From Tubiluchus corallicola (Eukaryota > Animalia > Priapulida), in contig JAQGDQ010000374.1 of assembly GCA_030141605.1 (NCBI GenBank), positions 164,219 through 228,218 on the forward strand: DNA of 64,000 nt, given 5' to 3'. Under the pieces are notes generated by a model that was not told the DNA's origin, did not search any database, and saw only the letters and a list, made by a program, of their open reading frames with translations. Shown in pieces: positions 11,298-24,363 of this stretch (its first letter is position 1; the number at the start of each line of letters is the position of its first letter). The position numbers and the translations under genes were made by a program.

Positions 11298-13331
11298 TAA
11301 AGGGCAGGCTTAGATCCGTTTGGTGTCTGCTCTCCAAGCCGCTCCTCAATAACATTAAAAGTGGATTTTTAACGTTCTGTGCATTTTATGTACATTCTGT
11401 CTCCATCTGACCTAGTTTAACAATGTTGGACCTAGACAGGTAGAAATGTAAATAGTAATCTTTCAAATGAACGGAACGAGAAAGAGAAAGTACTCGCATA
11501 TTGTGCATTTCTTCTATCTAAAGCATGTTCAACACACTGTTTAATGTTTTTTCTTGAGTCCACAGGCCTGCGGAGCAAATACGTTACTGAATACAGACGT
11601 AATACATTGGTACCTACAGCAGCATGTCAGTGGGTGGATGCGCTTGAAAAACTTTTACGACAATAAGTTCAGTTTCAGACCTTGGATGTGCAAATACTTT
11701 GCTAATTATAACGCTTAATTGCAATATTTTATTTCCAACTGTCGTTTGTTTGCCAATTTTAATTAAAACGGACGCAACTTGATGCCTTGAAATTTCACGG
11801 TAATTTTAATGTTTTTCTTTGTCTTTAATTGGTACAACAGAGACAAATATAGACATTTTTCAGTTTCTCAGTCAAGAATAAGAAAAATAATCTAAGAAAC
11901 ATTCGCGCTCATCTCATGAACAACGCGCAAAAGGTAGATATGGAAAGTGAGAAATTAAATCATGGCGTATCTATGAAGAAATTATTTATTTGTTTATTGT
12001 ATCTTTATTTATGTATTTTGATAGACTTAATTCAATTTATTTGTAAACAGTAACAAGTGTTGATTTAATGCATTTCTAGTCCAAAAAATAAGACAAAACA
12101 TACTTAACCGCAACTAGAAAGAAATCGACTGGGTAGCATAAAAAGTGGAGCAGTAACTGAAACAAAGACTAGCTTCCTCTTTTTTTTCTTCTAATCTCCT
12201 CCTCTGCTTTTTGCCACATTTTTTCAGCTCTTTTTTCTCACCCTACCCCTTTCTGTACATTTCCTTTGTTTTGTCTCTTCTCCAATCTCCTCTCCTGCCA
12301 TTCAGCTTTCCTTCCCTTCCGCCTACCTCATCGTCATCATCTCTTTAATTAATTAACGCATTTTTCAGAAATCCTGCACAAAGTGTCGCTTAGTAATATC
12401 TCCAAGTATTCGAAAATGACCTTACCTTTCGTTAGGTAATACAAAAGTAGGAAGTTAGCCATTCGCCTGCATGGTCCTTCTTTCTGTCGACGGGGGGGGG
12501 GGGGGGGCATGTTTTGATAAAATTTGTTGTACAATATTTTTGCTGAGCGCTAATTGTCTTTGAAATCGTTAAAATGTTAAACATATTATCTTTCTATACC
12601 AAATTTGGTTAACTATTAATCTTTAGCCTAGAGCTAAAGTCTTTCTATTAACTGTTAAGCAAAAACGTAGGAGACTCGGTAACCTATATGGTTTTGTCTA
12701 AATTCTTTCTCCGAAAATCTTTTTCTTGGTGTATACATTTGATAAATGTAGGAAAAATAGTGTAAATGTAGGAAAATAAAATATACTTAAATTAAATTAA
12801 AAAAACTCTTTATTATTACACCGTATTAAAATTTGTTCAGCACCGTCCAAAATATAATAATATAACCTACCTAGTATGTTATGGCACAGTAATTCACTCT
12901 GCCATTGGCAGACTAGCTAAACTAAGCCAGTACTTTCCTTTTACAAGGATTTTGATGTGTAGAAAAAATTAATAGAGAGGCTAATGTCTCAAGAAACGTG
13001 TAATCACAATGAGTGTGTTGTGTCTCTTACATGTATAACACGATCGCTCGTCTATTTCTAACATAGTGGGTGTCACAAACAGTGAATGCCTTAAAGTAAA
13101 CACCATTCTCTGGATACTTGATAGCTGGCGGTTTTTGTGGCTTCGCGTGTCAGTTTTCTTCCGGGGAAATAACCAATTTCTCTGCCTCAGAAAACGAATT
13201 GTAATTAACTGGGATATGCGTGTTCTTGTCATTAGTGAAATAGAGCATGAAGACTGAAATTGGAACATTTCTGATTGTAAGAAAAGTTTATGTGAATTGC
13301 GATACCCTGTTTACTTCTGTCTGTGTTTCGC

Positions 13332-14012
13332 AAATTTCTCCTATAGAATTTCACGGGTTATATAACATAAGGGTAAGATAAGACTGCTTGTATCTTTGAT
13401 AAAATTTCTCCTATAGAATTTCACGTGTTATATAATATAAGGCTAAGATAAGAATGCTTGTATCTTTGATAAAATTTCTCCTATAGAATTTCACGTGTTA
13501 TATAACATAAGGCTAAGATAAAACTGCTTGTATCTTTGATAAAATTTCCACTGTAGACTTTCAGGTGTTATATAATACAAGGCTAAGATAAGAATGCTTG
13601 TATCTTTGATAAAATTTCCACTGTAGAATTTCACGTTTTATATAATATAAGGCTAAGATAAGAATGCTTTTATCTTTGATAAAATTTCCACTATAGACTT
13701 TCACGTGTTATATAACATAAGGCTAAGATAAGAATGCTTTTATCTTTGATAAAATTTCTCCTATAGAATTTCACGTGTTATATAACATAAGGCTACGATA
13801 AGAATGCTTTTATCTTTGATAAAATTTCTCCTATAGAATTTCACGTGTTATATAACATAAGGCTAAGATAAGAATGCTTTTATCTTTGATAAAATTTCTC
13901 CTATAGAATTTCACGTGTTATATAACATTAGGCTAAGATAAGAATGCTTGTATCTTTGATAAAATTTCCCTTATAGAATTTCACGTCTTATATAACATTA
14001 GGCTAAGATAAG
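13332..14012. repeat. 70-bp minisatellite, ~10 copies
   Basis: AAATTTC recurs every 70 bp from 13332 to 13962. Confidence 0.95.
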
Positions 14013-16136
14013 ACAACTTTATTCCGCGTAAAAACCCAACACATTTATAAATATAAAACCGTAAATATTCTATTCTATCCTACCCGGTAGTAACTAGATC
14101 ACATCTACAAAAAGCTGTTGCGATAAATTTGTTAAAAATTAATCATAATTTATATAAAAAAGCTGCAAATATGTGTTTTTATATAGTTGATTTGTCCAAT
14201 CACGATAAACTGTATGATGCATTTCTAGAAAAACAATATATGAATGTTTTGTAGTCTTCTCAAAACTTGTGTATTTTGTTTTATCAGAAATTTTCATGAG
14301 GCCATGCCATTTCGTTGAACAGCTGCATTGTATATAAGAGACTTGTAGAAAAGTGTATACATCATCAGCGCGCATTGGCCCCATTTCTCAATGGCGATGG
14401 CCTCATCTAACCGTATTCTTAATATTACACAACGAAAATTGGTTCATTGCCCTTTCCGGTTCCTTTTGCAAAATCGTGGGGAAAAATAAATGCCCTTTCT
14501 TAAATCATCTGCCTTTTTTCTTTGTCAATCTGCTGACCTTAACGGGAAGAAATGTCATTATTCATTTACAGCTTTATAAAGCCTGTTGTATTTAATAACG
14601 ACCAACGAGGCATGACATATGCGCCCTCTATTGTTCAAAAAAAGAAACGAAAAAGTCCCTGCAAATCCCCGGTGAAACGTGACATTATTTTCATTATTGG
14701 AAACACTGCCAATCAGCACTAAGTAATCCCTGATTTAAACTGCTGAGGTTCTAAGGCAAACTATCTCTGTTGAGTCGGTACCGAGTCTAACTTGTGAATT
14801 CTACACATTGCAAATCGGAAAGCGAGTCAGCCTCGATGTGGACTACGAGAAGGGCTTTGCATTTCGGACCACCATCGTTTAAATCAATGATTACTTACTG
14901 CTGATCGATAAAGTTTCTGAGAAGTAGGCTGGTTTCCTATTTTGCAGCATACTCACAAACCAGATTCGACCAGTACACGGTCAGTACTAGGTCCTGCAGG
15001 GTAAACCGGGTATTGTACTGGATCAGCAATTGCCTTGATTTAAAAAAATCGGATTTGGGAAGAATCCTCGAGAGAGACGAATGGGATTAATTGCCCGGGC
15101 TCGTTGTGATCAAACTCCACGAAACTGCTTAGTGGTTGGTCCCCCCCCCTCACTTCAGTCCATGTCCCTTTCATGAATCTCGCTTCATCTCCTCACAGTA
15201 CGACGAAACGTTTGTAAAATTTGAAGAATATTGTTTCTAACACGGTTAACAGAGGGCGCCAGTGTAAAAAGCAGCATTATTTTTATCAGCAATGTGTAAA
15301 CACATTATTAAATTATTAAATACTAACAAAAACGAGCGTTCTTAAAAATAATGTCTAGACTCTGGTGTGTAAAAGCGATAATTATATAGGCGGCAGTTTG
15401 TTGAAGAATTTTGAGCTTCGTAATGGTCGAAATCAGGTTTATGACAAACTCTCTTGTGTATTTATTGCATTAATTTAAGCTTGCAATTTGACTCTCATCG
15501 GTATTATATCTAATTAAAATTTGAAAGCAATATAGACAAATTTCAGCGCGCGCAGAGCTAGTCAATATCTGAAAATGTTTATGTATTTAAATTAACCACG
15601 CCTACTTTAGGTCTATTCTTCCGTTCATTTTTGATTCATGTTTGTATTTGTTTTTGGTGTCAGTTGATTAACTGTCTACTCGGCCGTAGTTTTATTGGTT
15701 GGTTGGTTGATTGGTCGGTCAGTCATTTGTTTAGGTAGTTGGTTAGTATAATCTGCTGTTTGCTCATTAGTTCATTCGTTCACCATCTTATTTCATCATT
15801 CATTTCTTTCATTCGTTTATCTATCAATTATTTATTCCTTTATTGACTCTTTCTTTTAGTTTATTATTATCATCATTCAGTACAATATAATGAGATTAAG
15901 CACACAGTGACATCAAAATTATTACGTCATACTGTATTAAATTGACTTTAATAATTATTGATTTATTTGTTTGTTTGTTTGTTTGTTCATTAGATCTTTC
16001 GTTTGTTCGTTCTTTCGTCTTCTATTCGTTTTTTCCTTTATCTTCTTTAGTTCTTCGTTCGTTTACTCGTTCGCCCGTACTTACTTTGATCATTGATCGA
16101 ATATCTATTCAAAACGATTTTTTCATCCTTCGATAT

Positions 16137-16687
16137 TGTTATTGTTGTTGGCTTCCTTCTGTCTCGGAAGACAATGGAGTGTGTGCCAAGAGAGTCGGTT
16201 ACTGATCACATTCATGGAGCTGCAGTGTCGACTGTGGCTGAGCAGTGCGATCCTTGAACTACTGGCCTCTCTAGGGCGCACACCTGGGCAAGGTGTATGA
16301 GATCCTGAGTTGCCAAGACAACAGGAGCCCCCTCTCTTCCTCCCTGGTGTAGTCCAAAGGAAAGCGGAGCGATACGTTTGGCACCAGGTTGGCTGCAGGA
16401 GTTAGTGAGAATGCTGCACTGGTCCGCCTTCGGAGCTCCACTCCTGATTTGGAAAGTTTACTCCTCTACACAAGGCCGTTGGGTCACTTAACCTCCCCCG
16501 CCCTCTAGCCGTTGGCTGCTTGCGCAGCTCCTCCGCCTAGTATCGAGATACAGTGTGGGCATCCCGCAAGCCTACAGCACCTGGTATTCCTAGGCGGTCA
16601 CCCATCCAAGCACTAACCAGGCTCTACGTTGCTTAACTTCGGTGATCAGACGAGAACCGGTGTTTTCAACGTGATTTGGCCGTAGTC
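16137..16687 (-). mobile_element. 5S rRNA-derived SINE (SINE3) with RTE-like body and tail
   Basis: 5S head, ~430-bp body, 3' end ...CCATTGTCTTCCGAGACAGAAGGAAGCC(AAC)n, and TSD A[T/G]CCTTCGATAT at 16125-16136 and 16688-16699. Confidence 0.85.
16568..16687 (-). rRNA. full-length 5S rRNA-like sequence (SINE head; probably not a functional rDNA unit)
   Basis: GACTACGGCCAAATCACGTTGAAAACACCGGTTCTCGTCTGATCACCGAAGTTAAGC...TGGATGGGTGACCGCCTAGGAATACCAGGTGCTGTAGGCTT; A and C boxes present; no oligo-T terminator after it. Confidence 0.9.
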
Positions 16688-17949
16688 AGCCTTCGATATA
16701 ATAAAGCGCCAAATAACAAAATTTCCTAAAAAATATTTGACAGAAAGATCATTGGTAACTTAAAGTTTCTCCTTCATTCTTCATTCTAGTTAATTTTATT
16801 GTGAAATTTATTTAATACAAGCGAACAAATGGAATGAGACTATAGTGCAGCTTCCAGAGTTCTTTGCTGAATGCAAATTCTCACTAGTAACGCCTTTTCG
16901 TCTCAACCTGCTTGAAAAACCGACATTTCGAAGACAAAAGCTTTTACGATACATCTCCGAGGAAAATTATTCGAATTTGACGAATAATATCGGCGGGTTC
17001 AATCGAATCAGCGTACGTTCGAGGAAATAAGATATTTTGCTTGAGTTTATGGACCCAATATAAAAATATGTTGACAGAAAACTGGTGCCTTGTTCTCGTC
17101 CCGCAGCGGCGCAATAGTCTAATTCATCTTTGCTTTATTGTTTTTTCAGCAAATTCACTTCCTCGGGATGTTGTCCATAATCTGCAGTGAATTTACGGAC
17201 GTTGCTTGTAGGATTTAATAAGGAGAGAAACTTTTGGCATTTCTAATACAGCGTCTCTGGGGACGGGATCGCTGTGTATCATTTTGTTTCTACGTCCAAT
17301 TTCAAGAAAAGTGAGAAGTGGTTGTACTGGAGGTGGAGGTGGACCTAACTGGAGTCCTGTTTGCAGTCCTGTTTATGGGCTGCAGTCCAAGGGCCTCCCT
17401 CCGCCAGCTGAGGGGCCTCCAGAGATTAAGTGAAATTAATTTAGTGTGAAAAGTTACTACAGAATGAGAGTAGAGATGCGCTAAATTATTTCTTTAAAAA
17501 GAGTTCAGTAAATTAATATACTGTATAATACACTGGAATCGCTTTATTGAGTAACTACCACACTGGTAACCTGATTACAATGACACAATGTTGTAGGAGT
17601 TGAGGTCACATCTCCTCTGACAAAGAAAGATATCTCTGCCCTGAGAGAATTTAGTTGCAGTTTGCTGCTAATCTCAGTAGACTCTGGTCTACTGGACCTC
17701 TGGATTGGGTATTCCTAGTCCCAGTTCTTGAAGTTGAAGGACCTCTTCTCTTTTTGTTGTGTTAAACTTTCACCCATCTGTGTGGGCCTAATATTGGCAT
17801 TATGTTGTAGAAGTTGTAAAAGTCTGAATAAACTGACTTTAAGAATCTAACATTCATGTTACAGCAAGGGTGGTGTGGGTCCTCATAGTATATGAAGTCT
17901 AGGGGCCTACAAAATCAAAATTCGGTCCCGCCTCTTAGACGCGCAAACC

Positions 17950-18142
17950 ACCAGGTGATCAGGATGGTAGGGTACAAGGCAGCAGGTGATCAGGATGGTA
18001 GGGTACAAGGCAGCAGGTGATCAGGATGGTAGGGTACAAGGCAGCAGGTGATGAGGATGGTAGGGTACAAGGCACCAGGTGATCAGGATGGTAGGATACA
18101 AGGCACCAGGTGATCAGGATGGTAGGGTACAAGGCACCAGGT
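17950..18142. repeat. 31-bp minisatellite, ~6 copies
   Basis: Unit GGTGATCAGGATGGTAGGGTACAAGGCAGCA. Confidence 0.95.
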
Positions 18143-18337
18143 TCACTTGCTCATCAGATTCTCCTAGAGATTGTTCACTTGTGACTACTCACGAAGCAGA
18201 CCATTAGTGTTATTGGATATGCACATAGTCATACGATTGTCCTCTAATCTAACCAAGCTTAACTGGCTTGGATTGATCGATGAGAGTGTTGAAATTTAAG
18301 GACACGTTACACTTGATGGCTTCACTCATTCTGTTAA

Positions 18338-18989
18338 AGGACAAGAAAAGGGGTACCTGAAGTAGGTTTCAGAAAAATTGTCTTACAAAATTATATTACT
18401 TTATAGCAATTTTATGCGTTTATCGCACTCGCGTTGAAAGGATTTTTTGTTTTTCATTTTAAATCTCCCGTGACACTGTTCCGACCTCGCCATTATATGA
18501 CGTCATATACGCACAACGTAAATCAGGGGAAAAATGAAATGTTAAACTATGTCCCGAAAAACTTTCCATGCAAAGTTATATTACTTAGCATTTCTGCCTT
18601 AAAGACTTACGTAACTAGAAAAGAAAATTATCAATTATTTAAAATGTTTTCACCAATTGGTAAAATGTCGCTGTCTCACTTCCAGGGTGCACCACTCGCT
18701 ACCCAAAAAACGTATTTTTAATCTTATTTACAACATACAGTAATTTAAAATTTTACTTAGTTAGTGATTTGTGCGCTATGAATGATCTGATTATCTTTTC
18801 AAGCTTTACACGGTGTTATCTAAACTTGTTTCAAATGGCTCATCTTCAAAATGGCAGCGTCTAACGGTCATCGCGGGAGTTTAAATTTACATGCTTTATA
18901 CAGCGTTACGGACGTCGTGTATGCGAGAAGGCAGTACAGAAGTGGTATAAAGTTTCAAGAGGAATGTAAGTGGAGGGTTTACTTGTTCT
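18338..18989. mobile_element. possible second Kolobok-type element
   Basis: TTAA-AGGACAAGAAAA ... TTTACTTGTTCT-TTAA (10/12 TIR match); single copy in the window. Confidence 0.5.
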
Positions 18990-19059
18990 TTAACACTAGA
19001 TTTCGTAGCTGCATACTGCAATGATGTTATAGACATAACATCGTTAGTTTAAACATAAT

Positions 19060-19630
19060 TTATTATAGGATTAGATCAGACAGTTTGAACAACACGATTT
19101 AGGATCCTCACCAAAACAGGCTTTATACACTATTTACAAAAATATTTACAGTTAGAATAGACTAGAACTGCACAAGCTGACAAGTTTTACTACAAGATTA
19201 CATTAGACATTAGTACAAAATGACGGTTAGAAAATATTAATGTACGAATATTTAAGACTGATTTAAGAACATTTTATATCAGATAGAAACTACTGGAAGC
19301 GTTTAGTACGTAATATAAGTCATGTATGCATTGGAATATTTTACACTTAGCAACATAGTTAAATTCATCTTTTCCGAATAATGACAACTTCAACAGATCA
19401 TTAGTTCCTAAGGCAGCTATATTAAGGTTTTCGGGCAGAAGTATTTCATTTAGCTTATCAAACATAACAACCCTAGTTTGTTGATACAATGGGCAGTGCA
19501 ACAAAAAGTGTTCAACAGACTCAAATCGAAATGCACAGTTACAATTCGGCAATACTGGATGACCCTTATTATCTTTACAGCCTTTAGAGAAAAGGTCATA
19601 GTTTAGCTGAGAAGGGGCACATCGTTAATA
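19060..19630 (-). mobile_element. LINE 3' fragment with C-terminal Cys/His motif (CR1-group-like)
   Basis: CNCAFRFESVEHFLLHCPLYQQTR matches the CxC...ExxxHFLLHCxxY end of LINE ORF2. Confidence 0.7.
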
Positions 19631-20873
19631 CAATATCATGTGTGTTCATATTTATAACAGGTTGCAATAACTAATTAACGCGGCTAGCTGTCATGATCGT
19701 GTGGTTTTCGCGCCTGTTTGAACTGTTCACTTGTTCCGGAAGTCAACAGGTTTTCACAGCTAATCTCGGCTTGGGAAAACAGAGAGAATCGATTGAGGCG
19801 ACAAAAATCGACGACAGTGAATTGATGAATCACCGCCGCTCGTGAGGAACGGGTTAAATTGCTCCGGTCTGTTTGTCTACGCTCTGCCGCGCATCCGAAA
19901 TTACCTACTTACTGTGAATCAGCCGAAATCTGATCGAGTCCGAAAAATCAATCGCAGAAATCATCTCAGAAAAAAATGCGGCTGAATAGAATTTATTAAT
20001 TTATAATTGCAAAAGTACCAAAAGCAGTTGCATTTCAAATATAAAAAAGCCTTGCTCGCTTTGGTCATGATACATACTTGTCCGTAACAGTTAAGCAGCG
20101 ACGCGCCTGCTTAGTAAATTGGTGGCCATTCTTTTCAACATGTAGGCAACGCAAGGCTACATCTACGAATACACTTATTCATTGAAGCAGTAGGAGCTAG
20201 CTACGTCTTTCACAATATATAAAAGCCTTGTTTTATTACGATTAAATCTTCGTTTGGTTTGTAGGCTATTTTGTAACGTCTTTTATGACAGTTTGAATCA
20301 TGACACATCTTCTTAAATGACACTGAACCTCGTGACCCACATTCCCCAGATTGTCCGCAGAAGAATTTAGCTCCGAATAGAACGCCTGATTGAGATGGTC
20401 GTTACTTATTTCCTGTGAATGGTGACAGCCCGCTGAAAGACCATAAATGGGACTTTATGTTCGAGAAAAAATGCACAAAAACCGAGTAGATGGCAGTCAA
20501 ATCAAAAGCAATTGCCACTAATGTGGTTTGAAAAGAAAACGGTCTCGGCGGCCATCTTTATTCAAGGAAAATCTTGCCGTTTAGATAGACGTAAATTGTA
20601 AAGAATCGAGACAGAAACGAAAATGAATACAAATGAAGAGGTGTGACCTGAATGTATTGCACTTATTGGTTGTTAACTGACTTTGATAGTGGTCATAATT
20701 CTAGAGCGAGATTTGAAAGTTGTGGAAATTCAAAGATGTGCAAAAGGATCACGAAAAGATGCCGGTACTATCTGCATAATTAGTTATAACTTTTATATAT
20801 TTCTATAATCAGTGCTGCAGACTTATCTTGAAGCCTGCGATAAATCCGAGAATCGCCGTTTGGTGTTTCTTAA

Positions 20874-21421
20874 AGGAAAACTGGATGATTGTATAAACAC
20901 GAGTTCAGAATAAAGAATGCTGTAAAATACTGAAAACTACAAAAGCTTATTTTAAATGAAAGCTTAGATGAAATAATAATTACCTCGGATGCTCAAATTT
21001 CGTTAAACTTTCAAAGCTACGCGCGGCTCAGTGAATCTACTAAGATTGGCAGCGGCGCCTTTTTGTCACATTCGCGTGGCCGACAAAGAGAAGGCGGTAC
21101 CGTGATAAGCATGATCATGAACTGCAGTGTTAGTTTTTGACGTCATATGATGTAAAGCCCATTTTCGTGACATCATGCGTTTAAACAGTACTGTAACACT
21201 TATACAAATGTGCTTGACGCTCAAGGGAAGACGCCTGCCGTTGCACAAACTGTGGTTAGTTTGTGACGTAAGCAACAGCTGCGCTCGGTTGCCGTTAATT
21301 AACTTTCTAAGCTAATTATTCGAATATAAGAAACAATTGCTAACTTTTATAGGCAAGAAAATGTATAATGTGGACAGTAAATTAAAATGGGGTTGAGTCT
21401 AAACAATCGTCCCGTCTTCCT
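20874..21421 (-). mobile_element. Kolobok-type non-autonomous DNA transposon
   Basis: TTAA TSD on both sides; AGG...CCT termini; 548 bp; reverse complement of 59347-59894. Confidence 0.9.
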
Positions 21422-21642
21422 TTAACCTTGATTTTACAATTTTTACCTTTTCATGTCTTTTCCACATACATGTAGCAGAATTATAATTACCAGTCAAGTT
21501 AAAATAATGTCAAAGGAAATGTTTCTGTCAATATTAGTTCTCACCTCTGTATGGTGAAGTTTGAGGGCCAGAATATTGCTTCGATTCAGATCACAGAGAT
21601 GGTGAAGTAATAATGTATATGCATGTACTGTGTATGAGGACA

Positions 21643-22027
21643 ATACGAACTGTACTTAATGTTGCTGTGACCTTGACATACGAACTGTACTTAATGTTGC
21701 TGTGACCTTGACATATGAACTGTACTAAATGTTGCTGTGACCTTGTCATACGAACTGTACTTAATGTTGCTGTGACCTTGACATGCGAACTGTACTGAAT
21801 GTTGCTGTGACCTTGACATACGAACTGTACTTAATGTTGCTGTGACCTTGACATACGAACCGTACTAAATGTTGCTGTGACCTTGACATACGAACTGTGC
21901 TTAATGTTGCTGTGACCTTGACATACGAGCTATACTAAATGTTGCTGTGAACTTGGCATACGAACTGTACTTAATGTTGCTGTGAACTTGACATACGAAC
22001 TGTACTGAATGTTGCTGTGACCTTGAC
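21643..22027. repeat. 35-bp minisatellite, ~11 copies
   Basis: Unit CATACGAACTGTACTTAATGTTGCTGTGACCTTGA. Confidence 0.95.
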
Positions 22028-22171
22028 TTTGTGTCCCAGACTCTTCTGACTTCAACAACATGGGTGCAACATGACAGCAACAATTGTCAAGAACAACTAC
22101 GCTGTAAAATATTCTACTGCATTTATATTGCGCATTTGTGTGTTTACTCTTTATTAGACAAAAACAACGTT

Positions 22172-22372
22172 ACAATTACATACACAGATATATCACATAC
22201 AATTGCATAAACCGAAAACACAACTACATACACAGATATATCACATACAATTGCATAAACCGAAAACACAATTACATACACAGATATATCACATACAATT
22301 GCATAAACCGAAAACACAATTACATACACAGATATATCACATACAATTGCATAAACCGAAAACAAAATTACT
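22172..22372. repeat. 48-bp minisatellite, ~4 copies
   Basis: Unit ACAATTACATACACAGATATATCACATACAATTGCATAAACCGAAAAC. Confidence 0.95.
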
Positions 22373-22697
22373 ACAATTACTTATCGAGTGACCAGTCAGT
22401 TAGTGAACAAAGTTAATGATATGTAACTGCTTGCAGCTGAGCTGAGCTGTGTATGTGAACTGTTCAGTGGCAAATTGTTCTTTTAGTAAATCCTTCAGTA
22501 ACATCGCAAGTACACAAACGCCTGCAACTTGACTTATGTAATGAAAACGTTTCGTGTGAGCAGCTTCAGCAGTCAATGTTGTCAGTGTGTTATGGCCTTA
22601 CATCACGAAATTTCTTGAGAACTTGCGTTGTCTAATAAACATCATGTTAAAATCAGTATACATTGGTTGAACGAAGGGTGTAATTTCGTAGCACCAG

Positions 22698-23040
22698 GTT
22701 ACGTTACGCTACATTACATTACATTTTACTTTTTGCGAGACTTGTTTTTTTTTACTGTTTTAGTTATTACAAACCCTATTCCACTTATTGTAGGCATTGA
22801 GGTAACAACATTTATTAGAGTATTCCACCCACTTCTATCTGCAGCTAACAGCGTAAGTTCTTCTACTCCTAGAGATAGATTTGGTTGAAGTAGTTGAGCA
22901 TCTTTATTTATCTTAGCCATCCAAGTTGTTTTAGGTTTACCAGGTGGTTTTTTGCAAGGTTTTAAGGCTTCCTTTAAGGCGATTCTTATTGGTGCTTCAT
23001 TTGGTAATCTTAGAAGATATCCTAGCCATCTAGTCACCCT
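22698..23040 (-). mobile_element. RTE/RTE-X LINE 3' fragment
   Basis: RWLGYLLRLPNEAP...PGKPKTTW...D...LAADRSGW is the typical RTE C-terminus; followed by a (TGTAA)n tail. Confidence 0.8.
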
Positions 23041-23932
23041 TCACGTGCAAGATATGATTATGCATAATCCCCTCTACATTTCATTAAACGTATAATTAAT
23101 AGGATCTCGCGTGATAGAGCGCCAACTTTACGACCACGTCTAGGGCCTTGTTTTTTCATTGCTACTTTTATTATCTTTATTAACAAGTATTTTCTGCAGG
23201 CATCCAACACGTGCTATAAATTGACTTCATCGCTTCTGAGCTCACTGCACTAACTCACTGTCATGCGCCTTGTCTATAGGTTGTTGTATCATCATCGCTA
23301 TGTTTGTGTTTGGAACTGTTGATCGTCTTAATAGCTCTGATGGTATTGCTCGCATTAGCGGGAGAAATATCTTCCGCGTCTGTGTGTGTGTATGTATGTC
23401 GTTTCCCTTTGCGAATTTTGATTCGTTTGTTCAGTGATGTGATGTAGATGGTAATGAATAAATTCTCGCTCTTATTGAATTGCAGAATCGATCGGTCGGT
23501 TGAATTTTATTCAGACTCATGCGAACTTCCTGCTGGGCATTTTAATCATGAAATCTCGCTGAAAGCAAGCTCTCTTTTCAAGGTTGTCGCTTAGTGTTGT
23601 AGGGTTTCTCTGTAATTAACTCATTACCACGATATGAGTAGCAGCTGCTGTGTCGCGTCTGCTTCTGGTGATACTACGTTCGACGTTATAAAAGTGATCA
23701 ACGTGTGTCGATAAAGTTTCTCAGTTGCTTTTTAATACGTGTAGTACTGATACGTTTTAATAAAGAGCAGTTTTGGTGTCGCCTACTTCGATAAAGGCCT
23801 GCCATTCGCAATGGAACTCGTAAGATTAACTTATAAAGAATGGAGCAAAAAGTGATCTGAAATCGCGTTTTTAATATTACAATGATATTTTCTTGTTAAT
23901 TATATATAGATGTAATATAATTTATGTAGACA

Positions 23933-24232
23933 AGCAGTACTAGCATTTGTGTGAGCAGTACTAGCATTTGTGTGAGCAGTACTAGCATTTGTGTGAGCAG
24001 TACTAGCATTTGTGTGAGCAGTACTAGCATTTGTGTGAGCAGTACTAGCATTTGTGTGAGCAGTACTAGCATTTGTGTGAGCAGTACTAGCATTTGTGTG
24101 AGCAGTACTAGCATTTGTGTGAACAGTACTAGCATTTGTGTGAACAGTGCTAGCATTTGTGTGAACAGTACTAGCATTTGTGTGAGCAGTACTAGCATTT
24201 GTGTGAGCAGTACTAGCATTTGTGTGAGCAGC
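23933..24232. repeat. 21-bp minisatellite, ~14 copies
   Basis: Unit AGCAGTACTAGCATTTGTGTG. Confidence 0.95.
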
Positions 24233-24350
24233 ATCTTACCAGAATTATGTTTCAGGCTTGTCGTCAATTGTATGAATGTTTTTGTTTTTAAGAACCCTTC
24301 GTTCCCTTTTTCGCCGTCTTTCCTTCTCTCTTCTTCTTACTATTTTTAGC

Positions 24351-24363
24351 TAGATAGGTAGAT

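Noticed and set aside
14700-15200. Group I intron, telomerase RNA or 7SK
   Set aside because: Only a TAGTCC S-like word; the P7 partner is missing, and there is no telomeric template or 7SK 5' motif.
16568-16687. Functional 5S rRNA gene
   Set aside because: Single copy, no oligo-T terminator, and continuous with a tailed, TSD-flanked element.
18130-18165. CTGATGAGCAAGTGAAC hammerhead candidate (minus)
   Set aside because: GAAC instead of GAAA and only a 2-bp stem II.
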